64,000 nt of DNA from Candidatus Zambryskibacteria bacterium CG10_big_fil_rev_8_21_14_0_10_42_12 (GTDB lineage Bacteria; Patescibacteriota; Minisyncoccia; Phycocordibacterales; 1-14-0-10-42-12). Shown piece after piece: positions 25,540 through 36,496 of this stretch (position 1 is the stretch's first letter; every line of letters begins with the position of its first letter). The DNA is taken from assembly GCA_002787695.1 (NCBI GenBank), contig PCXL01000011.1, positions 61,155 through 125,154 on the forward strand, in the 5' to 3' direction. The notes beneath the pieces are model-generated. The model was not told the origin of the DNA. It saw only the letters and a list, made by a program, of their open reading frames with translations, and did not search any database. Made by a program: the position numbers and the translations under genes.

Positions 25540-28014
25540 ATGGCAAAAAAGAACGAGGAATATAACCCTGAAGGAGAAGGCTTGATAGAGGCGAGTCGTG
25601 TCATTTCGCAGAGTATTGTCGATGAGATGAAGGCATCTTTTATCGACTATGCAATGTCCGTTATTACTGACCGTGCTCTGCCGGATGTGCGCGACGGATT
25701 AAAGCCGGTGCATCGTCGTATTCTTTTTGCAATGCAAGAAATGAATTTGACCTCAAGCGCAAAAACCAAAAAATCTGCTGCTGTTGTTGGTGAAGTGCTC
25801 GGTAAATATCACCCTCATGGAGATACTTCTGTATACGACGCGATGGTTAAGATGGCACAACCGTTCACTATGCGTTACCCACTTGTTATTGGGCAGGGAA
25901 ACTTCGGGTCTGTTGATGGTGATAGTCCGGCCGCTATGCGTTATACCGAAGCTAAGATGTCCAAACTGGCTGGGGAATTACTACGAGATATCGAAAAAAA
26001 GACTGTCGATACACGTCCAAACTATGACGGTACAAAACGAGAACCAGTCGTTCTTCCAACTGCTGTACCGAACTTATTGTTGAATGGCGGTCTTGGTATT
26101 GCGGTTGGTATGGCAACAAACATTCCGCCACATAACCTTACTGAAGTACTCGATGCGACGACACATTTGGTAGATAATCCGGATGCATCATCGGAAGACC
26201 TTATGCAATTTATAAAAGGTCCCGATTTTCCAACTGGAGGTGTGATTTTTAATGAAAAAGATATTCACCATGCGTATTCAACTGGGCGAGGTGGTATCGT
26301 GGCGCGCGGCGTAGCGGATATTGTTGAAACGAAAGGTGGCATGTTCCAGATTGTGATTTCTGCTATTCCATACCGTGTCAACAAACAGGATATGGTTATT
26401 AAAATTGCGGATTTGGTTCGCGAGAAAAAACTCGAAGGTATCAAAGGGCTTCGCGATGAATCAACAAAAGATATTCGAGTGGTTATTGATCTCAAGACAG
26501 GCGCACAGCCTCAAAAAGTGCTCAACTATTTGTATAAACACACACAGCTCGAAGACACATTCCATTTAAATCTCGTGGCACTTGTAGATGGTGTGCCGAA
26601 GACGCTTTCAGTCAAAGGTGTGCTCGAAGAATTTGTCGGACACCGTAAAGAGGTTATTCGTCGTCGCACAGAGTACGACCTCGAAAAAGCGCTCGATAGA
26701 GAGCATATCTTAATTGGTCTCAAAAAGGCACTTGATCATATAGATGAAATCATTGCGCTTATTAAGAAATCTAAGGATGTAGAAACAGCGCGCGCAGGTC
26801 TCATAAAGACATTTAAGTTCTCAGAGCGACAAGCAAACGCCATTCTTGAGATGAGACTTCAGAAGCTTTCCGGACTTGAACGCAAGAAGATTGAGGATGA
26901 ATTGAAGAGTGTACAAGCATTGATCAAAGAACTTAAATCAATTCTTGAAAGCCCAAAGAAGGTAATTCAGATCATCAAAGACGAGCTTGGGGAGATAAAA
27001 GAAAAATACGGAGATGAACGCCAAACGAAGGTTATGAAGGGAGGCGTAAAGAATATTTCTGTTGAAGACATGATTCCTGATGTTGAAAATGTGTTGGTGA
27101 TGACTGCTGGAGGGTATATCAAACGCACTAATCCTGAAGAATTTAAGCGACAAAAAAGAGGTGGTGTTGGTGTGATTGATCTCAATACCAAGGAGGAAGA
27201 TTTTGTAACACGACTTATTTCTGCTGGTACTCATGATAATGTGCTCTTCTTTACAGATAAGGGCAAAGTGTATCAGATAAAAATGTATGAATTGCCGGAA
27301 GGAAAAAGAGCAACAAAAGGTAAATCTGTTATGAATTTCTTGCCACTTGCTCAGGATGAACATATTACGTCTGTGCTCCCAGTTTCAAAAGAAGAAAAAG
27401 CTCAAAAAGACATGTCTATCATTATGGTAACAGAGGACGGCACCTCAAAGCGTGTATCCGCAGATGCATTTTCTGATGTGCGTACATCTGGAATCATTGC
27501 TATCAAGCTTGCACCGAATGACCGACTTATTGCAGCTTCACTGTTGGCTGAGAAGGATTCGGTGTTGGTAACTACACAGAAAGGCCAATCGATTCATTTC
27601 AAAGCAAATGATATTCGAGAGATGGGACGAACTGCTGGCGGTGTACGTTCTATTAAGCTCGGTAAGGGAGATAAAGTTATTGCAGCCCAAGTGGCACCGG
27701 CCGGCATGAAAGATGCAACACTTTTGATAGTTACAAAGAATGGATATGGCAAGAAAACACTACTCAAGGAATATAAAATACAAAAACGTGGCGGTTCTGG
27801 CATTAAGACAGTAAAACTTACGTCAAAAACAGGAGATCTGATCGCATCTATGATTATTACTGACCCAGAAACTGAAGTTGTGGCAATGTCTACAAAGGGC
27901 CAGGTGATTCGCACAGGAGTAGACGAAATCGCGCAGCTCGGAAGGCAAACTCAGGGAGTCCGTGTAATGAAACTTCGTGAAGGGGACGCCATTGCATCGT
28001 TTACGTGCCTGTAA
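25540..28014 (+). CDS. gyrA: DNA gyrase subunit A
   Basis: [22 protein letters not shown] and GyrA-box QKRGGVG. Confidence 0.99.
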   Translation: MAKKNEEYNPEGEGLIEASRVISQSIVDEMKASFIDYAMSVITDRALPDVRDGLKPVHRRILFAMQEMNLTSSAKTKKSAAVVGEVLGKYHPHGDTSVYDAMVKMAQPFTMRYPLVIGQGNFGSVDGDSPAAMRYTEAKMSKLAGELLRDIEKKTVDTRPNYDGTKREPVVLPTAVPNLLLNGGLGIAVGMATNIPPHNLTEVLDATTHLVDNPDASSEDLMQFIKGPDFPTGGVIFNEKDIHHAYSTGRGGIVARGVADIVETKGGMFQIVISAIPYRVNKQDMVIKIADLVREKKLEGIKGLRDESTKDIRVVIDLKTGAQPQKVLNYLYKHTQLEDTFHLNLVALVDGVPKTLSVKGVLEEFVGHRKEVIRRRTEYDLEKALDREHILIGLKKALDHIDEIIALIKKSKDVETARAGLIKTFKFSERQANAILEMRLQKLSGLERKKIEDELKSVQALIKELKSILESPKKVIQIIKDELGEIKEKYGDERQTKVMKGGVKNISVEDMIPDVENVLVMTAGGYIKRTNPEEFKRQKRGGVGVIDLNTKEEDFVTRLISAGTHDNVLFFTDKGKVYQIKMYELPEGKRATKGKSVMNFLPLAQDEHITSVLPVSKEEKAQKDMSIIMVTEDGTSKRVSADAFSDVRTSGIIAIKLAPNDRLIAASLLAEKDSVLVTTQKGQSIHFKANDIREMGRTAGGVRSIKLGKGDKVIAAQVAPAGMKDATLLIVTKNGYGKKTLLKEYKIQKRGGSGIKTVKLTSKTGDLIASMIITDPETEVVAMSTKGQVIRTGVDEIAQLGRQTQGVRVMKLREGDAIASFTCL

Positions 28015-28166
28015 TAGGAATTGAAAATTAAAGATTGAAGATTGAAAATTAAGCAGTGCGCCCGAAAGGTGTACTGCTTTGTGTATAACTTCAGTCATAT
28101 ATTATCGTATAATGCATGTATTGGATAAATCTAATACCTAGTACCTGACACCTAATATCTATCTTT

Positions 28167-28700
28167 ATGTTTTCAAATCCTATACAAAATGTACCGCGCT
28201 TTGGGTTGAAGCCCGGTATGAAAGTTGCAGATTTTGGTTCTGGTTCAGGTACTTATGCGAGAGAGCTCGCCCATTTCTTGGGGCCCGATGGCAAAGTGTA
28301 CGCCGTTGATATTCAGCGTGAGCTTCTCAATAATTTGGTTGCAGAAGCGGGCAGAGAGGGATTAAGAAATATTGAGCCAGTCTGGGCAGATCTTGAAAAA
28401 GTTGAGGGTAGTAACATTCCCAGCAATACACTTGATGCAGTAGTTATTTCTAACATTCTGTTTCAGGTCGGTAACAAAGAAGGACTCTTGCGTGAAGCCG
28501 TGCGTGTTACTCACCCGTATGGAAAAGTGATTTTAATCGACTGGATTGATTCATTTGGAAATCTTGGGCCACACCAAGGGAGTGTGGTGACACGAGATGA
28601 TGCTGTAGTACTGGCGGACAAAGTTGGGCTCTCGCTTCGATCAGAATTTGAGGCGGGGAGCAATCATTATGGTCTGATTTTTGAGAAGAAGTCTCAATAA
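28167..28700 (+). CDS. Class I SAM-dependent methyltransferase
   Basis: VADFGSGSG and VYAVDIQ. Confidence 0.9.
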   Translation: MFSNPIQNVPRFGLKPGMKVADFGSGSGTYARELAHFLGPDGKVYAVDIQRELLNNLVAEAGREGLRNIEPVWADLEKVEGSNIPSNTLDAVVISNILFQVGNKEGLLREAVRVTHPYGKVILIDWIDSFGNLGPHQGSVVTRDDAVVLADKVGLSLRSEFEAGSNHYGLIFEKKSQ

Positions 28701-28844
28701 GCTTCATTTTATAAACATGCCAGTCCCACGAGTTATCGTATAATGAAGCCACATGTTTACCGAGCACTTAGAAGTAGAATGTTTTAATAAAATACTGTAT
28801 CGAGGACTAAGTGCTTGGCTTATTAAATTATTCTGTCTATCCGT

Positions 28845-30134
28845 ATGAACCGTTTTCAGATCATTCTCATCGCAGCCTTCGCCTTTTTTGCTGTGTTTGG
28901 TGTATTTCTGTTTGCAACGTTCCGAGGTGCAGGTGAAAACCAACAGATCTCTGTCACGATGTGGGGTACTCTGCCACAGGTTGATTTCTATAGCTGGTAT
29001 AGCAGTACACCACTTAGTAAAAATAATAATATTACGGTCACATATGTGTATAAGAATCCGGATACATTTGACCAAGATTTTGTTGAAGCGCTTGCAGACG
29101 GAAGAGGTCCAGATATCATCTTTTTGCCTCATGAGAAAATTTTAGAACACGGCAACAGGATCTATCCGATTCCGTACGATACCCTTTCAGAACGCAATTT
29201 CAGAGATTTGTTCGTTGAAGGGACAGAGATTTTTCTTGGACCAAATGGATCTTACGCACTTCCGATCATCATTGATCCTTTAGTTATGTATTGGAATCGA
29301 GATATATTCCGAAATGCAGGCATTGCACAAGTACCACAATATTGGGATGAATTTCCATCACTTGCGCTGAGCTTGGTAGAACGTGATTCACTCAAAAATA
29401 TTACGCAAAGCGCTGTTGCTCTTGGAGAATACGGCAATGTATATCGGGCACGAGATATTATCTCCGTATTACTCATGCAAGCCGGTACGCCTATTACGCA
29501 ACAATCTTCATTGGGTCTCCAGTCCGTGTTGGGTAGTACGTTTAATTTTGCAACTATGCCTGCAGATGCGGCACTGACGTTTTATACACAGTTTGCAAAT
29601 CCGGCAAAAGATATTTACTCATGGAATCGCTCATTTAATAATTCATTAAACATTTTTGCATCAGGCGATCTGGGAATCCTGTTTGCACGTTCGTCAGATT
29701 TGTTTGCAATTCAATCACGTAATCCAAATTTAAACTTTGACGTAGCTCTTCTTCCTCAACCGCGTGAAGCGACAAATAAAATGACATATGGATACATGGA
29801 AGGTTTGGCGCTTGTAAAGCAGTCGCAAAAACTCTCTGGCGCATATCGTGTGATACAAGAGCTTACTAGTAAAGAGTCGGTGACTGCACTATCAAACATA
29901 CTCAAACTGCCTCCTGTTCGCCGAGATGTGCTGGTGAGCCGTCCGTCGGATGCATATCTCTCTGTGTTCTACGAGAGTGCTTTAATCTCTCAGGCGTGGC
30001 TTTCGCCACATCCTGCTACCACTGATAGTATTTTTAGAGATATGGTGGAATCTATTACAAGTGGGCGGTTGCGAATGGGTGAAGCGATTCGTGCTGCGAG
30101 TGATGCACTTAATCGTGCGCTCGGACGCAACTAA
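28845..30134 (+). CDS. Extracellular solute-binding protein (family 1)
   Basis: N-terminal TM; GRGPDI, YALP..IDPLVMYWNRDIF and NLNFDVALLPQ. Confidence 0.85.
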   Translation: MNRFQIILIAAFAFFAVFGVFLFATFRGAGENQQISVTMWGTLPQVDFYSWYSSTPLSKNNNITVTYVYKNPDTFDQDFVEALADGRGPDIIFLPHEKILEHGNRIYPIPYDTLSERNFRDLFVEGTEIFLGPNGSYALPIIIDPLVMYWNRDIFRNAGIAQVPQYWDEFPSLALSLVERDSLKNITQSAVALGEYGNVYRARDIISVLLMQAGTPITQQSSLGLQSVLGSTFNFATMPADAALTFYTQFANPAKDIYSWNRSFNNSLNIFASGDLGILFARSSDLFAIQSRNPNLNFDVALLPQPREATNKMTYGYMEGLALVKQSQKLSGAYRVIQELTSKESVTALSNILKLPPVRRDVLVSRPSDAYLSVFYESALISQAWLSPHPATTDSIFRDMVESITSGRLRMGEAIRAASDALNRALGRN

Positions 30135-30138
30135 CAAT

Positions 30139-30519
30139 ATGAAATTTCTAAACATAGCAGTTACAACCCTTATCACCGCGTCTCCTCTTTTATTGTATGC
30201 TCAAGAACAAGACGCAATGAGAGGAGAGATAACCGATGAGCGCTGTGAAGGATTTAGCTGTGATTATGGTGATTTAATAAATCTCATACAGGATATTTTA
30301 TTGTTTATGTTGAAGCTTTCAATACCGATCGCAGCTATCGCCCTTGCGGTTGCTGGGTTCAAGATTTTGACAGCACGAGATTCAGTCACAGAACGTAGTG
30401 AAGCTAAAACCATGATGCTTAAAATAGTAGGTGGCGTTATGATTATGTTGGCAGCAGGACTGATTGTGAATACGATTGTTGGTGCGTTATTGCAAGGCGA
30501 CTTTAATTTTTTGGATTAA
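30139..30519 (+). CDS. TrbC/VirB2-like pilin
   Basis: Signal peptide plus two TMs joined by AG...TARD......AK; Cys pair before TM1. Confidence 0.75.
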   Translation: MKFLNIAVTTLITASPLLLYAQEQDAMRGEITDERCEGFSCDYGDLINLIQDILLFMLKLSIPIAAIALAVAGFKILTARDSVTERSEAKTMMLKIVGGVMIMLAAGLIVNTIVGALLQGDFNFLD

Positions 30520-30523
30520 CATT

Positions 30524-30973
30524 ATGAAATATATCTTCATTACCGTGATACAGGCTGTTTTCATAGGAATGTTTATGATATCCAGTGTAAGTTTTGCGGA
30601 AACAGGTATTGAACCGGGCACCCCTAGTGGAGGTGGTACAGGTATTGAACCGGGCACCCCAGGTGGCAGTCCTGCGTCCCATCAAATCAACTTTCAAAAC
30701 CCGCTCTCGCTTGGAGAAAATGCAACCATCTCAACATTTATTGAGTCAATCCTTAGAAATATTGTTGTTCCGATAGGAGCAGTCGTATCTGTGTTCTTTA
30801 TTATCTATGCAGGCTTCCTGTTTGTGACAGCGCGCGGAAGCGAAGACAAAGTGACAAAAGCAAAAACTGCACTCCTCAATGCGGTTATTGGTACAGTTAT
30901 TATTTTAGGATCATGGGTGATTGCCCAGGCAATTTCAGGCACTGTCTCACAACTAGGAGGCCCAACGTTATAA
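30524..30973 (+). CDS. TrbC/VirB2-like pilin with duplicated TGIEPGTP
   Basis: FQNPL and IIYAGFLFVTARGSEDKVTKAK...AVIG. Confidence 0.85.
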   Translation: MKYIFITVIQAVFIGMFMISSVSFAETGIEPGTPSGGGTGIEPGTPGGSPASHQINFQNPLSLGENATISTFIESILRNIVVPIGAVVSVFFIIYAGFLFVTARGSEDKVTKAKTALLNAVIGTVIILGSWVIAQAISGTVSQLGGPTL

Positions 30974-30980
30974 ACGTATT

Positions 30981-31319
30981 ATGAAAAAAATCGTCTTACT
31001 TTCTACACTTTTTGCACCTCACCTGCTATTTGCCCAACTAATTACATCAGACTTTAAAAGTTTTGTTACGAGCCTGGTGAATGCGTTTTTACCGACACTG
31101 TTGGGTATCATTGCTCTTATTTTGTTTTTGTATTTCGTCTGGCGTGTAGCACAGTTTATTTTGCATGCAGACAGTAAAGAAACACGTTCATCTGCGAGTC
31201 GAGTGTTTCTCTGGGGTATTCTCGCTCTGTTTGTTGCAGCATCACTTGTTGCCATAATTTCATTTTTACTGGGAGAGTTTGGTTTTGGCGTACCGGTTAT
31301 TCCTAAATTGCCACAATAA
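30981..31319 (+). CDS. TrbC/VirB2-like pilin
   Basis: FVW..AQFI...WGILALFV two-TM hairpin. Confidence 0.75.
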   Translation: MKKIVLLSTLFAPHLLFAQLITSDFKSFVTSLVNAFLPTLLGIIALILFLYFVWRVAQFILHADSKETRSSASRVFLWGILALFVAASLVAIISFLLGEFGFGVPVIPKLPQ

Positions 31320-31378
31320 CAGTGGGTTGTTGATAAATAGTAGTCATTTGAGCATTAAACATATTACAATTAAAAATT

Positions 31379-31753
31379 ATGAAAAAAAGTATATATATAA
31401 GTTTGCTAGCATTATCACCACTCATTGTATTGGCACAACCATCTAGTGGTTATTTAACACAATCACAAGGTTTATTGGATGGAGTTTTAAATACGATTAC
31501 ATTACTTATTGGTATTGCAATTGTGCTCGCGTTTCTATTTTTTGTGTGGGGTATTGCAGAATTTATCCGTAAGGCAGATGATGCTGGCAATAGAGCAGAA
31601 GGTCGCCAGAGAATGATCTGGGGTATTGTTGCGCTCGCTGTTCTTGCAACTGTCTGGGGTATTGTGAGATGGCTACAGATTGAACTTGGTCTTTCTGCAA
31701 ACGAAGCTGCGCCGGGAATATTCCAATTCTTCCAGCTTTGGAGTGGTAACTAA
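31379..31753 (+). CDS. TrbC/VirB2-like pilin
   Basis: FFVWGIAEFI...RAEGRQRMIWGIVAL....VWGIV. Confidence 0.8.
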   Translation: MKKSIYISLLALSPLIVLAQPSSGYLTQSQGLLDGVLNTITLLIGIAIVLAFLFFVWGIAEFIRKADDAGNRAEGRQRMIWGIVALAVLATVWGIVRWLQIELGLSANEAAPGIFQFFQLWSGN

Positions 31754-31838
31754 TCCACATTGTATCCTTGCCACTTCCGTAGTAGCATTGTCTCATAGGT
31801 GCTAAACGCCCTTAATTATAAAGTTTTATTTACTCAAA

Positions 31839-32189
31839 ATGAAAAAAGCAGTTATTACTTCTTTGATGCTTGGCGCAATGCCGTTTATTGCAAGTGCCCA
31901 GCTTGAAAACATTGAAGACATTGTTGTATCAATTGGTGATATTATCGACCTTTTGGTACCTATTGTGTTTGCACTCGCTATCCTCTATTTCTTCTGGGGA
32001 CTTGCACAATTTATCTTGGCTTCAGGAGACGAAACCGCACGTGCAGAAGGCCGCCAGAAGATGATCTGGGGTATTGTAGCAATTGCAGTAATGGCATCTA
32101 TCTGGGGACTTGTGTTCTTCTTGCAAGATGCTGTTGGTGTAAGTCGAGTAGACGCACCGTCTATCGATGTTATTCCGACTGTCAACTAA
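31839..32189 (+). CDS. TrbC/VirB2-like pilin
   Basis: FFWGLAQFI...RAEGRQKMIWGIVAI....IWGLV. Confidence 0.8.
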   Translation: MKKAVITSLMLGAMPFIASAQLENIEDIVVSIGDIIDLLVPIVFALAILYFFWGLAQFILASGDETARAEGRQKMIWGIVAIAVMASIWGLVFFLQDAVGVSRVDAPSIDVIPTVN

Positions 32190-32209
32190 CGAGAGTGCTA
32201 TAAGATTCC

Positions 32210-32485
32210 ATGGATAGCTTCGGAACATTGCTTGGTAAGATAAACGAGTTCATTATCAATCCGATTATCTACGTCCTCTTTGCGGTTGCATTTATCTTCT
32301 TCTTTATCGGACTTATACAGGTTGTCAAAGGATCAAAAGAAGGTGGAGATGATTTTGCAAAAGGGAAGAGAAACATGCTCTATGGACTTATCGGATTTGT
32401 CGTGATGTTTGGAGTTTACGGCATTATCAACCTGCTCTTAGGAACATTTGGAATCGATACACCGGAATATCTGCAAGGGTTGTAG
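32210..32485 (+). CDS. TrbC/VirB2-like pilin (no leader)
   Basis: IINPII...KGKRNMLYGLIGF.VM.GVYGII. Confidence 0.75.
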   Translation: MDSFGTLLGKINEFIINPIIYVLFAVAFIFFFIGLIQVVKGSKEGGDDFAKGKRNMLYGLIGFVVMFGVYGIINLLLGTFGIDTPEYLQGL

Positions 32486-32510
32486 AAAAATAAGATTCAG
32501 ATAACGAAAG

Positions 32511-32547
32511 ACCGCCTGACGGATCCCTTGCGGGACCGTCAGGCGGT
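32511..32547. terminator. Bidirectional terminator
   Basis: ACCGCCTGACGG...CCGTCAGGCGGT followed by Ts. Confidence 0.7.
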
Positions 32548-32566
32548 TTTGGTTGTGGAGGCGACA

Positions 32567-34765
32567 TCAGTCTACCTCCGGAAACAGAACCCATAGTCGA
32601 TTGACATATGGCTCTGCATTTTCGGTCATGATCCGGATGGTCCTGAAATTACTTCGCAGGACAGTTCCGGACTGACCGACTCTAAACGGTTCTCCGCCGT
32701 CTAGAGAGATGAGAAGTCGATCATCAACCATCATCAGTCGCTCGAGATTTGTGTATTTCGAGCGCGCTATGATGCTGTCGACTTGCGCCTTACCGTTCTC
32801 CATACCGAGCCGTTCGAGCTCGGAGGAGACATAGGAGCGGAGCTCTTCGACAACATCTATCGTTTCTCCCCAGACGCCATTGCCTGGGGCGGCAAACATG
32901 ATTCCTCTTTTTCTTTGGAATCCCCCTGCTCGAGCTTTTGCCTCGAGCTTGTCGATTGTTCGTTGCCAAGGAGAAAAACTCCTCCCGGCAGCAACATAGA
33001 CGGCATGTGCCCAGCGTACGTGCTCCTCGATGTCATGCTCATACGGGTCAATGCCCATATTGCGAGCAATTCCACCATGGAACCCGGCGTTGACTTGGCA
33101 TAAGCCTATGTCTTCATTGTCCGAACCGCGCAAGATCGTGCCGTCGTCATTGTAGTGACGTAAGCCCGACTCTTCGCGACAAATGGCGAGCATCCACCGG
33201 ACTGCTTCCGGACCTTCGCTGTCGAAGACTTGTTGGATAATCGCCTCTGCTTGAGCGGCAGGTATGAGATTGTGCTGCTCAAGGGCTTGTTCAGTTTGTT
33301 TCGGAGCATCGTCAGATCCTCCAAACCAGTCCAACCAACCTCCTTTATTCTCAGAGCGCTCGAGCTGCTGCTTGTACTGCAGCCAGCGGATACCTTCCTC
33401 CGAGGTTAACGGTTTTCCTGGAACTCCAATTCTCGAAGAACCAGGATTGTTGGCAACGCACGCATAGACGTGCACCATCCACCAATCTCCGTCTTCACCT
33501 GTAGGAGACGTATCTCCCTCAGGGCGACAGTACAGGGCAACCCCCTCTTTTGTGAAGAGGATATTGTCCTCAAAATCCTGCCTCATCTGCTTTGCCGTAT
33601 GGATTACTCCAGGAAGCGAAGTGATAAAGGAGGGAGTGAGAATGGTGAGTACCGTTCCCACAGTGGCTAGTGATGCCAGTGTGGTAAACCATGAACCTAC
33701 AACGCGAGAACCGGTTATCCGGTGGTACACTCCGTTAAAGGTCAGAATAGCGATACCGACCGCCATTATGGTGTGAAGTGTCGAGTGGTCTTTGAGCGGT
33801 AAGTGTGCAAGCATTCCGCTCATGAGACCAACGACCATCAGAAATCCGAGAACGGCCCAATACTTCTGCCGTGCGGGTTTGAAACCCATGAGGCGAAGCA
33901 TGAGTGCTCCTATTCCGAAGAGGAGCACGAGGGGGATTGCATACATAAGCAATTGCCCCAAAATAGATTCCGCTCCACTACCACTCACAACGAGTCCTAG
34001 TGCCAATTTATACCCAAAGTATACGATAAGCGCAGGACCCACGATGAAGATGATGATGGAGAAAGCGAAAACGGTGCATGCCAAGTACCACAGTGCTCGG
34101 GCAACTCTGTCTGCAGGTGCTTCTTCCTGCATCACAAACGGCACTGGGCCGTTTGGCGTGAACACGGGAACCATTCTCCCAGAACCGGCCATTCGTCCGA
34201 GTGACGCTAATCCGGGTCGTCGAGCGATTAAGCTCTCTGCGAACCGGGTGAATTTTTGCCAGCGAGTGGCTTGGTAGAGGAACTCGAGCTGGGACGTAAC
34301 CCACGCATCGTATTCTTGTACCGTTTCACCCTCTTTCATCTTCCGAAAAATACGCCGGAAGATGTTTACGAAAAGCTTTACCGGATCTCCAGCAGAAATC
34401 CAGGTAATGGTTCCATCGGGATTGCGTGTTGCCACGTCAAACCCATTTTTGGCCGCACGCCACGCCTGGCCGATCGCGTTCTCGCGATCGTCGGATGGGT
34501 TGCGGTGGAAATAGTCTTGGGCACGTGTCCAGCCGCTCTTGAGTTGATCGGCCAGGATCATCTTGGCTTCCTTGGCGTATTCGCCGCGGAAGGTTTTGAT
34601 GACGATATTGGCGATGACTTCGGCGGCTTTGTCAGGGTCGCCCCCGAAGCCGCCAACCACCTTTTTCCCCACGCTGATGATGATGTCGTACAGGACTTCA
34701 TCTTTCACCGCAGAGAACATGCCTTTTGCTGCGGATTTGATATTCCGCAGTATGTTTCGTAACAT
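32567..34765 (-). CDS. Multi-pass membrane protein with a lytic transglycosylase/lysozyme-like domain
   Basis: About 5-6 TMs, then AICREESG...DIGLCQVN...H...FSPW. Start taken at MLRNI after AGGAG. Confidence 0.7.
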   Translation of the reverse strand: MLRNILRNIKSAAKGMFSAVKDEVLYDIIISVGKKVVGGFGGDPDKAAEVIANIVIKTFRGEYAKEAKMILADQLKSGWTRAQDYFHRNPSDDRENAIGQAWRAAKNGFDVATRNPDGTITWISAGDPVKLFVNIFRRIFRKMKEGETVQEYDAWVTSQLEFLYQATRWQKFTRFAESLIARRPGLASLGRMAGSGRMVPVFTPNGPVPFVMQEEAPADRVARALWYLACTVFAFSIIIFIVGPALIVYFGYKLALGLVVSGSGAESILGQLLMYAIPLVLLFGIGALMLRLMGFKPARQKYWAVLGFLMVVGLMSGMLAHLPLKDHSTLHTIMAVGIAILTFNGVYHRITGSRVVGSWFTTLASLATVGTVLTILTPSFITSLPGVIHTAKQMRQDFEDNILFTKEGVALYCRPEGDTSPTGEDGDWWMVHVYACVANNPGSSRIGVPGKPLTSEEGIRWLQYKQQLERSENKGGWLDWFGGSDDAPKQTEQALEQHNLIPAAQAEAIIQQVFDSEGPEAVRWMLAICREESGLRHYNDDGTILRGSDNEDIGLCQVNAGFHGGIARNMGIDPYEHDIEEHVRWAHAVYVAAGRSFSPWQRTIDKLEAKARAGGFQRKRGIMFAAPGNGVWGETIDVVEELRSYVSSELERLGMENGKAQVDSIIARSKYTNLERLMMVDDRLLISLDGGEPFRVGQSGTVLRSNFRTIRIMTENAEPYVNRLWVLFPEVD

Positions 34766-34967
34766 TTCTTCTCTCCTTGGCGCGAGATGCGCCGATACTC
34801 TAGATTGTGATAGACCTAAGTCCTCATATATTATAACAAAAAATGGTGAATTGTCAATGTAATTATTTGACAAATAACTTAAATTATGATAATAAAGTGC
34901 TAGAACGGCTCTCTAAAGCCATTCGACCTTTTACATAGAGAATGTGGGTGAGGCCCACAGGGAGAAA

Positions 34968-36341
34968 ATGATGAGGAAACTTATCGTATTGGCGAGCGTG
35001 CTCGCCATGATGTGCACGATGCTGGCTTCGGGCCAGACGTTGTTCGAGGGTGTCATTCAGACGAACGACAACCGCGAGGAGGTCGTCAAAATCACGGAGC
35101 AACCAGCGGTGCAGCCGCAGAAGCAAATCCAGGCTGTTGCGCCACAGGCGCAGCAGATCGAAGAGACTCAGGTGGCGGCACCTGTCGATCAGTCGGCGGT
35201 GACTCCTGAACCGACTGCGCCGGCTCAGGATGTCGCGGTTCAGACAGGCATACCTGACAACCCGACAAGCGAGTGGTTGGTCGAGTACATGCTCGGTGGT
35301 CTCTACTGGATAGTCAGAGCCGCATCAGATCTGACATTCTGGCAGATTTTGCTCATTATCCTGGCTGTATTGGCGGTAGCGGGGTTAGGGTATGGATGGT
35401 CGCAATTTCCGCACCCAGTAGCAGATCTGAAATCAAGAATGCGATCGGTATGGCGCAAGTTGCGGGTAGTGTTCGGTGATCATAAGTATCACCGTACCGA
35501 AACTTCCGGCGGACCGTATCGTAAACTGACGCTACTCGAGGATGTATTACGCCAAGGTTCAAAGTCAGGACCTCAACTGGTCTTGTTCTTGGGACTTTAC
35601 GCTGGTGTAGCGTCGGCGGCAGTGCTGACCAACGAGCCTGTGCTTCACCCACAAAACATCGAGCCGGTTGCCGTTGTTGAGAACACGACGTCGACTGTCA
35701 CGATCAGTTGCACGGCGAACATGTCGTGCAACAAGGTGAAGTCTGCGCGACTGGGTACGTCTGACCACGTGTCTGTAACTGCAACATCCAAAGACAAACT
35801 GGTGTTGCAGGTGAAAACTGGTCCTCGTTCGCACATTCAGGAGGACCGTATCGTTCTCCACTACGGTGATGGGGTGGAAAGGCGAATCGCCGGATTCTTC
35901 ACGCTGCCACGTCAGGCAGCTGAGACGATCGAATTCATGATGCGGTTGCATCCTGGTGAGCAGGAGGCTGGAGGTGCACACAGTGCAATCACTGCGGTCC
36001 TCCAAGCTGAGATCGACCGGATCGACCAGCACAAAGTTGACCCGCTCCGTGAGGAGGTAGAGAAACTCAAAGCTCGTGTCCAAGAAAACGAGCAACGAGT
36101 CAGGACAAATACCGGTCTCATGGCCGAGGTGCGCGACGAAGTCGTTGCTCTTCGTGACAGGGTCGGCGAGACAGAAGAGCGACTCGGCAAGCTCGAGCAC
36201 ACCGAGCGCTCACAGGTACTCTACGCCTGTGCCGGTTTCGGCACACGGCAAGAAAATGGCGCCGCACTTGCTGCGGTTGCCAAACGAGAAGGGAAGACAC
36301 CGAAGCAAGTCTGCGAAGACATGCAAACGGATCCTTTCTGA
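34968..36341 (+). CDS. Exported/membrane coiled-coil protein
   Basis: Signal peptide, P/Q/A linker, TM segments, long heptad region, C-terminal AC...P...CE. Confidence 0.75.
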   Translation: MMRKLIVLASVLAMMCTMLASGQTLFEGVIQTNDNREEVVKITEQPAVQPQKQIQAVAPQAQQIEETQVAAPVDQSAVTPEPTAPAQDVAVQTGIPDNPTSEWLVEYMLGGLYWIVRAASDLTFWQILLIILAVLAVAGLGYGWSQFPHPVADLKSRMRSVWRKLRVVFGDHKYHRTETSGGPYRKLTLLEDVLRQGSKSGPQLVLFLGLYAGVASAAVLTNEPVLHPQNIEPVAVVENTTSTVTISCTANMSCNKVKSARLGTSDHVSVTATSKDKLVLQVKTGPRSHIQEDRIVLHYGDGVERRIAGFFTLPRQAAETIEFMMRLHPGEQEAGGAHSAITAVLQAEIDRIDQHKVDPLREEVEKLKARVQENEQRVRTNTGLMAEVRDEVVALRDRVGETEERLGKLEHTERSQVLYACAGFGTRQENGAALAAVAKREGKTPKQVCEDMQTDPF

Positions 36342-36496
36342 TCTGATCAGTTTCCAAATCCAGACCGAGTAGTACCACGTTGTACTGCTCGGCCTGTTTT
36401 AATTTCGAAAAATGTTTAAAATTAGCCATAAAAATGCTCATGGTATTATTAATAAGGAACACAGCTCTGCAATATATATAGGTATAGGAGGCTCAC

